From: Tubiluchus corallicola
Taxonomy: Eukaryota > Animalia > Priapulida
DNA: 64,000 bases
Assembly: GCA_030141605.1 (NCBI GenBank)
Contig: JAQGDQ010000101.1
Coordinates: 315,017-379,016 of the forward strand
Reading direction: 5' to 3'
Part shown: positions 25,531 to 37,750 of the stretch, one piece after another
How the letters are laid out: each line of letters opens with the position of its first letter
Position numbering within the stretch: position 1 is the stretch's first letter
Position numbers and translations under genes: made by a program
Notes under the pieces: model-generated
Told to the model about the DNA's origin: nothing
The model's database searches: none
The model's input: the letters and a program-made list of their open reading frames with translations, nothing else

Positions 25531-28500
25531 CAAAACAATGTAATTATAGAAAGTCTGCCCTTAGGCTTGCGAGAGAAACTGGCCGCTGGGCTTATTTGCC
25601 GAAGGAACGACAGTAATAGAGCAAGATCAAAATTATTTATTTGCATAATGGTCCGTTTAGACGATCAGTTTTTAACTAAAACAGACAAACAAAAAACTGA
25701 CATATGTTTAGATGACATCAAACTTTACTCCGTCGTGCTCTGGATATAACTATCCAACAAATTGTTTTCAGTGAAATTATGGCGCCAACATACAGACGTG
25801 CTTTGTCGTCTATTGGGCTAGCTTCGGCTTAAACGGAGAAATTGCTCCCGGAGAAAAAGGAGAACAACAAAGCAGTGATTTGACCTTTTGCTGATTGATG
25901 TTTTGACTCTTAGTCAGGTAAAAATTAGGAATGACCCGGACAAAAATAAAGTTAAATGTTTGCACAAAGACCCACAAAGCCGTTCAGAATAACATTTTCA
26001 GAACCCCCTGAAATCCACTTTGGGGGGAAAATGTTATGGGGCCTTAAATTCAAAATGGCCGCCAAGGCTGTGTTAAAGTCAAAATAACTCGACTAGGTGG
26101 CGTTTAGCATCCTTCAACACATGATTTCAACATGGCATGTTTTTGAGTTACAAATTGTTCATTAAAGCACATGTTGCTGACAAGTTCTTGTTTTAAAAAT
26201 GAAGATCGCGAAATTTGTCCTCTATCATTTGTTATTTATATTCGAATTTGTATTAACTTTAAACTTACCGTTTCCAATTCCAAACATAATGTGACGTCTT
26301 TTAAATAAGTGCACGCAAGAATTGTTTCTAGCACAAACCACCGTTCTACGAGTACACAATGATGTTGAAAATGAAAAGCATGAATAACGAATAATTTTTT
26401 GGACTAGCTGATGACTTTTTTGGCTATTAAACTTGCTTAAGAACTTGTTCGAACTATTATTGCTGTTTCCATTAGCATACTTCATTTTCTGGTTTACTTG
26501 AACATAATACGTCAGAAGCTTAAAGACCGTGCAAAGTTCGAGAGTGCATCGCTGATTGTGATATTGTCAAACAGTACGGAATGCGCTTTTTCGGTTCCGT
26601 TTCAGCGCTGTAAAGCGTACAATGCCGCATACAGTTTAAACGAAAGCTGGCTAATTAGCCAAAGATCTTATTTCAGTTCAACTGAGTGCATTTGCCCAAA
26701 ATTAAGAACACAAACAGAATTCACATAAATCGTACAAACACTGCTGACGAAATTTAAGAAACATTAGAACGAACAATCAATATGGAAATAATTCCATCAC
26801 TAAGCAAGCAATACAACTTTCGAATTCATTACCGACATCACTAAAACACAACAGCTCTTTATTCAAGTCTAAATTAAAAAAACCATTTAATGACTCGTTT
26901 TGAATATCTTACATACGAACACGATGATACTTACTCAAATCATAATTTCATTTTCCTAGACCTTACTGAACTAGTTTATATTTTATTTTTGAATTTCTAG
27001 TTGCACCTATAGTTTAGCTTGCACCAGACGCATTTGCCCAGAACAGTGTATGTTTTTATATGAACTAACACTGATTGCCTGTCTTTTATTATGATGGTCA
27101 ATGTTTTTAAAATGGCAAATAAAGATTTTACTACTACTACTACTACCACTACTTATATGTAAAGAAAACAAGCAAAAACACGCGAAAACTAAGAGACAGC
27201 TAGAGTAAATCAAAGCAGAATATTGAAAGCAAATACAAGCAATAATAAAAATGTTTAACAGAGAAAATCCAAAATTCACAAACAATCTTCAGGATATATT
27301 TAATATTTATTGGGTAATTGCTATTCACACCAGAATATATGTGTATGTGTGTGTCTGGCTACATGTATGATGGTTTTAGATACTGAGAATCTCACCAAAC
27401 TAAGTCGTCAGAGATGGAGTCTTACTAATGTAGAAAACCTGTCCGTACGTTACTACAAAATGTGGTGACTCTTAATCAATGTCCAATGTATATACATGTA
27501 GCTATTTGTAAATGTAACAAGTGTATGTATACACGTAATATAGAATATTAATAACATGTGATTTTCAATGTGTGACATTCATCAATGTATTTGTTCTTTA
27601 AACCTGAGCACGTGCTCATATAAACTCAAAACAGTAAATCTAAAATTTGATACTCAATATTGTAAACTAATCCACATTTATCAAATATATCGTATTAATA
27701 CGACAATACGATTCACACAATTGCAAATGGAGTAGTTGGTCTATGTACAAAAGGAGTAAGTTTTTTAATCTAATTTAATGGTGGCATTAAATTTTAAATT
27801 AATTTCGGATATAACTATCACACTACATTAGCAACAATTTAATTATTTTCCTATAGCGTTTCATTACATACAACGTTCAATTTTTAACGATAAACTTAAT
27901 ATTTTTCTATGGAGTTTCACTACAAATAACACTCAATCTCTAGATTATAAAATCATGATGACGATTTGAGTCAAGATTATCGATTTAGGATACAAATTCT
28001 TAACAAAGGGCATCGATTTAGGATGCATACGATTTTATGAATCGTTAGATTTAAATTAGTTGATAGTTATCATCGTCTGATAGTTATCAGTTACAGACTC
28101 TAGACCCGTTTGATCATCATCTGGTCGTGTCGTCTGATAGTTATCAGTTACTGACCCCGTAATCCACATTTATCAAATATATCGTATTAATCATCATACC
28201 AGTCATCATGCTATTCTATCTCATATAACTTGAGCATCAAAAAATAAATATCCGTTAATCAAGCAATGATATCTCCTAAGTAAAACTAGACATACTAATT
28301 CATTTAAAGATGTATTGAGCACTAAATAATAATTAATACTTCAATAATTACTACTAAGTGAATAGTAATCCTATCAAATCAGATAAATATTCGACATCTT
28401 CAAATAATCAACAATGTCCTACTAAATAAATATTCAACATTTTCAAATAATGAATAAGGCTCTACTAAATAAGTGTTCAACAATTCTTTTCTTTGATTAC

Positions 28501-28914
28501 ATCATTATTTATGCATACTTAATCAAATAATTCTTTGTAATTCTTTGCGTAATATGATTCTTATCATTGTTCTTTCTTTTCATTTTCTCTCTTATCATTG
28601 ATTTAAAAAAATTGCATAAAATGTAATAATCTGAGACGAATACTGTGAAATAAGTAGTACTGTTCAAAATTGTACAAACCATGGAAAAAATATTCAATAT
28701 AGAGTAATCGTGGACAAAAATATTCAAATATATATATATATATACGATTTCTCTATGATCTCCATATATATATATATATATATATATATATGGGAACTAA
28801 GCACTGTCTAGAAACTTTAATGAAATTGATAAATTTACATGAGCCGAGGTACATTACAAAGATAGCATTAAATCGATAAACTGGACCTGACGGCATAAAA
28901 TCATAGCATTTTAG

Positions 28915-29830
28915 ACATGCCTCTCACGTGTCACCAGTTTCGTTGACATTGTTTTATAACTATTGCATCATTTATTCTTTCTTGCCGACTAAATGATGCT
29001 ATCAGTAATTTTGCCACATATTAAAGATAAAAATAAAAATATAACAGAGAAATTATTTCCGGCCTATCGCTTTATCTTCTGTCTCTAGTAAACTTTTACA
29101 AATTGCTTTTGTTATGCTGAATGTTTACCTGCCATGCCAAACCAGTTTGGTTACATGGAGAATTTGGCTATTGAGTTATGTATTAACGTGTTATAAGAAG
29201 TAGTAGGCTGTTATATAGACCGCCAGTGTACTGTATAAATAATGTTTTAGGACGCCTCCAAAGCATTTGATGAAATTAATTATTTCAATCGTTTTTAAAA
29301 CTCATTGAAACTGAGATGTTTGTTTGCTCGTTTACTTGTTTTAGAGAACTTAGTTGTAAATCTGGCATCTAGTAACCTTGGATGTCAAACTGCAGATATT
29401 TATTATAATCATTGTCACATGCTGACAATATTTGACTGTACCACGGCAACTGCTCTCATGAAATTATGTGATATATATGTCGATTATGCAGCAAAATTTT
29501 ATATTTTAATTAATGTTGACAAAAGTAAGCTTCTGACTATTACGCCGTCCAACATGAACAACTTCGAGGAACTGTTAAGTTAGCTGGATCTGTTATTGAG
29601 CCTTGTGATAATGGAAAATATCTTGACCACATCATACCTAGAGACAACAGAGATGACTTAGATATCATACGACAAGTAAGCATTTATTATTCTAGAGCAG
29701 ATAAGCTATGCCGGAAATTTTACTATGCTGTAAAAAACCCTGTTCACCTGGCGGCACTTTCACAATTATAATCTGGTCAATCTAAAAGTTGCTCATAAAA
29801 AGTTAGTGCGCAAATTCTTCAACTAGCAGT
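28915..29830 (+). mobile_element. Decayed LINE RT fragment (RTE-X-like)
   Basis: SVILPHIKDKNKNIT..RPIALSSVSSKLL, NQFGY, DASKAFDEINY, KLCDIYVDYAAKFYILINVDKSK; many stops. Confidence 0.75.
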
Positions 29831-30419
29831 TCGTTCACAGTGTTATTGACAATCCTGTGACATAAATTAGTGTATTTTAATGTTATCTGCGATAAAAATA
29901 TTTACAGCCTGAGTACTAGACTTTTAAACATTGAAAACTTATCGTGTAGAACAGTATTCAATAGTGATGCTTCCTTTACTTCCAGTGCAAGAAAGATTTG
30001 GACAAAGATATTGTATATTAAATTTTCACATTGTAGATAATCATTGTTATAATGACTGAAGCCAATGTGAAATATTATATTTGTGTTATGTTGTTTTGTT
30101 TGTGTGCTTGGGTGTGTATTTACTTAATGTTGTACTAAAGTTTTAATGTTGAACTAATATGATATGAATGAAAGTTTGAAATATACAAGTTAATCAAATC
30201 AAATCAACCTCTTTCTGATGGCAAATTGACAGATTGACCATCCAACTAGTCGATAACTTTATAAATAATAAATAAATAAACAAGTAAATAAATTAATTAA
30301 TTAATAAACAAACAAAAAATAAAAAATAATACTATAAAGGAATAAATACATAGAAACAAATAAAACAATGAACAGTGATTAATAATTAATAGTAATTAAC
30401 AGATGAAGAAATAACTTGT

Positions 30420-31430
30420 ACAATCATCTACTAGTGCTTTGGTTCGTTTGTAAACGTTGAATAATTCATTTATATCAATAACTGGAAGCAGTTTGTTTCG
30501 ATTATTTTGGCATACAAGTGTTAATCCCTGTCTTCCATTTTAAAGATGTTTGTGAAGAAATTTCCTCCAGTGCTCAAAAGGTTGCTCTTTTTCACTTGCA
30601 GTACCGGTCTGGTCACCATAACCAGCCTTTTCGTAAATTCACCTGAGAACATTATCATGCAGAGCAATATCGAAAAATTTGTATATTTTTCAGCTATTTT
30701 TGGGTTCTCCTGCAAGATCTTCATATCGGAGTAAAAAGTATTTACGAGGATGACGTTTCTGAACATCTGCACCACGAATTACATCGTTATACATGCTAAA
30801 AAGTTTGAGTCTTTTGCCAGTTTTGAACTCTGTTTGTTAATTCTTTATAAATGCTTTTACTTGAACATTCCGCGAGGGTCTCTCTTAAGATGCACTAGCC
30901 TGACGTCAAGTTCCCGTTGTTCATCTTCAAGCAGCTGTGCAGCTTCGGTTATTGTCATCCGTATAACTTTAGCTACGGAATACAATCGATCTTTACAAAC
31001 ACAGGGGTACATAAAGCGGTCCTCTGTTGTAAAAAGGTATACAAAGTCATGCCTTGACGTGATTTCCGGTTTGTATTTGACCTTTGCACTGCGCCGCATG
31101 AAAGAAATTTTTTAATTGCCGAAGATTGACCAATTAACGAACCGACGTTTGCGCACTGTAATCAGCACTGGTATAAAATTCACTAGAGATGCAGTTTAAA
31201 GCATTCAATATTATTCTCCCTTTTATTCTGATTTTTTTCTTCTTCAGACCAAGTTTTATTTGTCAGCACATGACGTTGATGAGTTATATTGATGTGATCA
31301 AACAATGCATGTAGTGGTTCATAGATGTAGAATACACCTGGGTGCTTGTCAAATATTTCACCAGTGAAGGAAGAACCAGATCTATATCGTGCAACAATGA
31401 CAGCAGCTCTTCGCTTCTGCCATGCTTTAT
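30420..31430 (-). pseudogene. Carbohydrate 6-O-sulfotransferase (CHST1-7-like) pseudogene, catalytic exon
   Basis: After the acceptor tttaatttccag, the minus strand reads KAWQKRRAAVIVARYRSGSSFTGEIFDKHPGVFYIYEPL (5'-PSB motif), then VAKVIRM..LLED..LDVRLVHLKRDPRGM (3'-PB motif), then YFLLRYEDLAGEP..KIYKFFDIALHDNVLR, then AKIIETNCFQLL..MNY. Several frameshifts and stops lie between these blocks. Confidence 0.88.
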
Positions 31431-32134
31431 CTGGAAATTAAAAAATTAAAATAAATTTTACTAAATATTTAGTTATATATTACGTAAAATTTTATGATGT
31501 ATTGAGAATTTTGATGTGAAGTTAAGATCAAACAGCATTTTTCACAGCTGAGCAGACAGTGCGTGATACATAGAAGTAGTTTGTTTAATCTTCTAAGTTT
31601 CATTTTTTAATAACATAACTTAACTAAATGTCATTTGGTTTCGAAAATGTTAGCACGATTGTAATCATTAAGTACGAGTCAGAAGTTAACGCTACACATA
31701 CGTAAATAAACTACTTGTGCTTTGTGGCATTTATCACGCAAATATGTACGTATGTAATTTATTGACCAACAGAATTATAATAACATTACATATTGCAGGG
31801 TAGATATAACAAGTTAATCCATAACAAGACATGTTGTTTACTGCTACATGAGTGACGTCACTAAAATCCAACTTTGGTACATGTTTAACTTTTTATCAAA
31901 AAGGAACGTAAGTAGTATTACAAAGAGCGATATTACACAACAGTAATGCAAAATAGTTTGTCTTGTAGCTAACAATAGACATTCAGTGAAATAACATTAA
32001 ACATTTACATAGTATTTAACTTGTTTAGAAGAATCATTATGTGCAAATATAGATGATAGCGATGATGTGTCGATGTCAGAATATCTAGGTAACATTCAAA
32101 CACAAAACGTTTAGAGGACACTCTCATCTTGTAC

Positions 32135-32426
32135 CTGACGAGTTATTAGGCAACTACAGGTTCTAGATGGTCTGAGAAAATGTCTCTATCTCCCCAAATC
32201 AACTTGTAGCAGATGGACTGATATCCGGGCTCCAGTCCAGCACATTCTTGCTGCTTCCGAAACGGGTGTCGCACGATTTAACCTTGTTGTTAAGCTCGGA
32301 TTCAATAATTAGCCAGGTAGATATTCTGCTAGCTTTCGAATTCAAACATCTTTGTTTTCTGGCTCTTATGTCAGATATTGCAGGATCCGTTGCCATCTGG
32401 GAGTTTTAACCGCCACACTATCATAT
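32135..32426 (-). pseudogene. Candidate upstream (stem) exon of the sulfotransferase pseudogene
   Basis: Bounded by ttccttacag| and cag|gtacaa on the minus strand; partial Ser/Pro-rich ORF at 32199-32396. No recognisable motif. Confidence 0.35.
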
Positions 32427-34351
32427 CTGTAAGGAATGCTGTGTTTCTCAGGATTGCTGTATATTTTAATCCTATTCAACTCCAATAAACACAAGTCACT
32501 TTGTGTTTGCTTACGTACGTCCATGCAGGTTTTTACATCTGATACGTATAAATTAGAAACCAGACGTGTATCATTTGATAACCACGTTTTGCAAAGTAAA
32601 CACCATGGCAGTCTTCGGAACGATATACTTTATCTAGACAGAACAATTACTATTTTTACTTCTAAAAGCAACGTACTACTCTGTAAAACTATTTGTATTT
32701 ATGAAAGTACTGGCCAATAACGATCATTAGCCTACAAACGTACTCTCGGTAAGGTCAGTAAGTTATTAATTATTATTCAAAATCTTTATTCAAAATGATA
32801 CAATAAGCCCTCTATTTGCAGGGCACATAAGTACAAAAATGTTAAATAAATCTTTACATTATCTACATTACATAAATTTTTACATTAAATTCTTCACAGT
32901 TACAATTTCTTACTAAACAAGCTAACACAACTGCATTACGATTTATTAAATCTAATTACATATCTAATATTTGCGTACAACGTTTATACATGTTTTACTG
33001 TATGTACAAATAGTATATGTTGTAGCTTCTACATACATAAATAATCTTATATTAATGTCATTCGAATATATCAGTATGCCTGGATAAACAATTTACGATA
33101 AGATCATTTTGGGTTAGTTCTTTTACAATATCTATGTACATTTTAATTGCATTAGTGTCTCTCTTTCTGTAAATGGTCCGAATGTCATTATTTTCTAAGC
33201 CGCGCTCGAGATTCACTCTTATATCTTGTCTAATAAATGGTAACGGACATTGAAAAATGAAATGTTCTGGGGTTTGACTGCCCAAACGGCAAACACATAG
33301 ATCTGAATCAGTTATACCTATCCTGTATTTAAATGATTTGCAACCTCTTCCAAGTAGAAGAGCTAACGCACTTGTTTCTATAAATCTGTCATATTTACTG
33401 ACTGGTACATCTAATGTAGTTGTAAACACAGGAATTATCTCTTACGGATTACCTGTCGACTAGTTTAGATGTTGTATTTTTCTAGTCCATAAAACTCCTG
33501 TGTATTTATCCACTTCATTTTTATTATATTTGACGTTTGTATTGTCCAAATTACCGACCGTCAACGTATCATTTCGGGCAATTTCTACACCTTTTGTAAT
33601 CTTTAAAAACAATTTAGCTTTTGTTATGTGATTAATTAAAAAATGATTAAAATATTGGCCCTGATTACGCAGCTGATCAATAAGTTGAATTTTACACCTA
33701 ACTACATCATCCTCTGGTTTATCAAATGCTTTCGTTAAAAATTTGCTGACAATAGACAAGAACTGTATATCGATTGGGGGTAAACCACATATTGATTCTA
33801 ATTCAGTTTTAGGCGGATTGTATTTAACGTCAACGGCTGTTTTGAGTATATCATATATAAGGTCGTCGAAAGCCTGTATTTTTGAATCTAGCCAGGATGT
33901 ATCGGCATACAATAACGTTGGCAAAACAGTGATTTTAGCTAAAGCAACGATCGTGGCCATCTTTAATCATTTATATTTAAAACAGAATTTTTTGATTTTA
34001 TGCCATTTATTCCAGGCTTTCTGTCTCGTAGTAGTATGTGCGCGCCTCAAATTTAAGTTCATTATCAACATTTACTCCTAATACATTAAATCTATTTACA
34101 TATTTAATTGGTTCATTTCAAAACATTAGATTTGGGAGGTTTGGCTCGTACTTTAACTTCAATGAGTTTTTGCTCATTATCGCTTCTGTTTTAGTCTCGG
34201 CGCAGTTAATATTCATACGCCACATGTTACACCACTTAAACAAATTATCACATTGCTCTTGTGCTGCTAAATAAGCCTCATTCATTGTGTTGCCTACTGC
34301 TAGAAATGTGCTGTTGTCGGCATATTTACATTTATGAAAGTTATCTATCTC

Positions 34352-34664
34352 TCAGACAGCTCGGGGAGGGGAGTAAACCCCTACCGGGCGCATCCCCCGG
34401 GTGGCGGATGGGGGACCCCTGGCTCACGAGCCAGGGTGCTCCGAATATTCAAATAAGGAGCTGTGGACCAAATCCTTCAGGATAGACCTAGCAAGTCACT
34501 GAAGTACTTTTTGCTCAAGTAACTCATGGCGAACACAACTGGACTGGTGGATGTGGAGGAGGAGAAGACGTATGAAGACAGAGACACCTGGAGAGACGTT
34601 ATCAAGTGTTCGCCGGCTGACAGATGAAAATCTACCAGGAGGATGGTGAGAAAGAAAGGGTGAG
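34352..34664 (+). mobile_element. Short RTE-derived non-autonomous element (5' UTR piece fused to 3' end)
   Basis: 9-bp TSD atctatctc at 34343-34351 and 34665-34673. Removing the insert restores the LINE RT as TVEIDNFHKCKYADNS. The 5' part has cccgggtggcggatggggga; the 3' part reads TGLVDVEEEKTYEDRDTWRDVI and ends in an AG-rich tail. Confidence 0.75.
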
Positions 34665-35139
34665 ATCTATCTCAACTGTTTGCAACATATCCGAAACATA
34701 GAACAAAAATAAAATTGGGGACAGCACAGAACCTTTGGGTAACCCTATCTGACAAGCGTATTTGCTGGAGAGGTGATTACTAACTTTTAAACAAATTTTG
34801 AAGACTCTTAGAAATTCTACCACGACGTCCCAGATGTTGCCGGTAAGCCTTTGTCATATACAACTTCTAGATTGGACCGTCTCATCACACGCTGTCGAAT
34901 GCTTTTTTAAAGTCGCAAAACACTGCAATGCAGCCTCTTTTCTCCATTAGTTTACTATGTAGTTTTGAAATTAGTCTCGCCAGATATCGTGTTGTACTTC
35001 CTCCTGGTCGAAATCCTTCTTGCTCAACATCTAAGAAGTTATTTTCACTAAAAAACTAGAAGTCTTTAAAAAACTAGAAACAACAAGTAATCTATTTTCT
35101 AGAAGCTTTTCTGCCAGCTTGCCAAAATAGGAAGTAATA

Positions 35140-36457
35140 TGTTACCCCTCGTAACCCTTGGGTAACTTTATATATATATATATATATAGTTCACTCGCTT
35201 TGAGGCAATTAATTGTAATTAATTAATCACCTGACTACGGGAGATTCGGTTGGGTTGATAGGGCAATGAAATCTTCCCGCACGATTTTGAACCACGAAAT
35301 ATGCGTTGTAGAATAAATCTTAATCTCCCTAGTTGACAAGCAGGCTTCCGCAATAAGCCGCCTCAATGTGAATAACTCATGTATAGATTCGTGAAGCGGA
35401 CAGTGTCTTTACGAGAATGCACTTAAGTTTACTTTCAATCTCACAAAGTGATTCAACAAATACGTTACAGTAATATCTGAGTTTATTGTACAATTTCCAA
35501 ACATCTAATAAGTTTCATCAATTTACAATTTTGTTTACCTATGCGCTTGTGGGCGCTCACAACTAGTATTGATATATCTCTGAAGATTTACAGGTCAAAT
35601 TACCAAAGATTAACTGTTACTCTATAATTGTCACTTTACACAAAATGCAAGTTAACATTAAATTACTTCCATCCGTTTACCAATTACTGAGATGATCGTA
35701 AAACTACTTAACTTGCGGCCTGGCCAATCTACGACTGTAATTGACCAGATCCAAATTCCTAGTAGAGACTAGAGGACTAGAGGTTTGATGATCAAACTAC
35801 GCAGAACTCTTCTCCACGCTGAGCTATAGAACAATCTCTTACTTCAAGAATTTCTCTGCAACAGACTTCGACAGCTCTGTCCTCGACCCTCGATTCTCAG
35901 CAACCGGCAACCAGCAACCAACCGCCGCGAAAAACTCTCTGCAGTCTCTTTTGAATGCCAGGTCAGTTGACATGACATTGTCAGTGACACGATAAGTGCC
36001 ACATCACTGACCATCCACTTGGTACTCCTACCTCCAGCCAGACAAGACATTCATTGTATTAGTTCTAATGACATATAGCCTCTGTCTTGAGGCTAATTAT
36101 TAATTGAACTGACGACACTCGTGTCTACTACGACTCTGCTCATGAACAATAGCTTCTGACCATTGGCAATTTCATTCGGAAGTTCGAGGGCAGTAGTGCC
36201 AATACTGAACTAAGCAATGTGGGCTAACAGCCCTTCGTACTTTACAGAGTTCAACTGTCGTTATCTGACTTCTAATTTCTATTTAACATATATGATCTGT
36301 CAACCTCTGATACTTTATGCATTAAATTCAAGGTACAAGCTGAGTGAGTCATCATAGCTGAACGGTATAATATTCGTTCAGAATCCAATCTATTATGATT
36401 AATCTAATTTCGAATTCTTTACTGATTAATTTCTCATTTTAAAATAAATTCATAATA
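35140..36457. mobile_element. Solo LTR (1318 bp), Gypsy-like
   Basis: Termini TGTTA...TCATAATA with a 4-bp TSD AATA (35136-35139, 36458-36461). Removing it restores the LINE frame RPITITSYFGK. Confidence 0.75.
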
Positions 36458-37750
36458 AATAGTAATCGGCCTATAATTATTGGGGTCATAATAGCTGGTT
36501 TCTTGAAGAACACAACCTTTGCATTTTGCCATGGCCACACATTTTGTTCTATATTTATATTTACTAAGCTCATAAATGTTGCTTTGGCCTGAAAACCCAT
36601 GTGACGAATCATCCGTGGATGGCATCCTTCGGTATCAATACTTTTGTGATACATTTGTGCGCTCTTTATTGCTTTATCAACTTCATCCATTGTGAAGTTA
36701 TCATTGAACCACAGGCGTTCGTTGGGTTGTGGAAGGTGTCGTTGGGTGAAATGCTTCATTAAACCATGCTTGGCCGAATGTTGCACTGTCAATATGGGAG
36801 CCAATAAAGAATGTTTTGTACAATATGTCACTATTATGACTATTGGCAATATAATATTTATTTTGGTATTTCAAAGTTAGGTATTCCAATCCACACATCC
36901 GATTTCTCTCCGAAAAGTTTACTGTGCGTTTTCCAAAACGTTTTACCTTGTGCAATGTTTAAAATGGCTGTGTTCTCAGTTACCAATTGTTGAGCTCCTC
37001 ATTTAATATCTGATCGAACTGCTTCTTTGCTTCCAGATAAGCTAACTTATTTGGAACATTCGACAAACGTAGATATCTTTTCCTGAGTTCCCTTAGTTTT
37101 TTGATAATTGCGATAGATTGCAATCTATCGTAGCGTCTAACATCTTAGCGGTGATCATTTATTTGCAAATTCTTCCACACTGCAATTCATTTGCCATATA
37201 AACAAGCCGTTCTCGATTGCGTCATTGAGGTTGTCGTTTTTGTGAAACATGATTTTTGCCTTTGGGAAAATTTTGCAATCTTTTGTCTTAAATCTATCCA
37301 TTTTAACTACTTTGTAGTAGTTTGTGATGTCACAGAGCATATTTACTTTGGCTCGTGTCGAGATCTCTGATTAAGCCAGCGCGTGGGGATAAATGGTGTC
37401 TGACTCTCGTGCCTCCTCCTAAGATTTCAGGCTTTCAGAAGTAAAAAAAAATGTTGTGTTGTTTCCGAAAACCTTCTGAAGGAGCCTCGTATATCTAACG
37501 AAATATTGGGTTTCGCACTTCGTTTAAGAACAGAAATTTTTGTCAGTCACTTGACTGTACTTCATCGTGTTTGACGCGTTTACAGTTTTCACAGCCTTTT
37601 CACAGTTCCAGCGATTGACAACGATCGTGAAAAGGGCAAAGGTTAAGTGTAACAAACAACGCATTCATGTACACTGAATAACGCCTCGAAGTACCAAGCT
37701 ACTCTAATAGTAACCATGTGCTACCTGTGACCAAACGTGATAGCGTAAAA

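Larger units (their letters stand above)
32765..37541 (-). mobile_element. Internally deleted, decayed non-LTR retrotransposon (LINE) with two nested insertions
   Basis: ORF1-like piece at 37155-37340; FTMDEVDKAIK..YRPIT|ITSYFGKLAEK; EQEGFRPG, DFKKAFDSV, GLPKGSVLSPILF, KYADNST; C-terminal CCHC (CVCRLGSQTPEHFIFQC); AATAAA/(TAA)-like tail at ~32765-32790. Possible degenerate TSD gtcagtaagtt (32754) / gtcagtcactt (37542). Confidence 0.85.
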
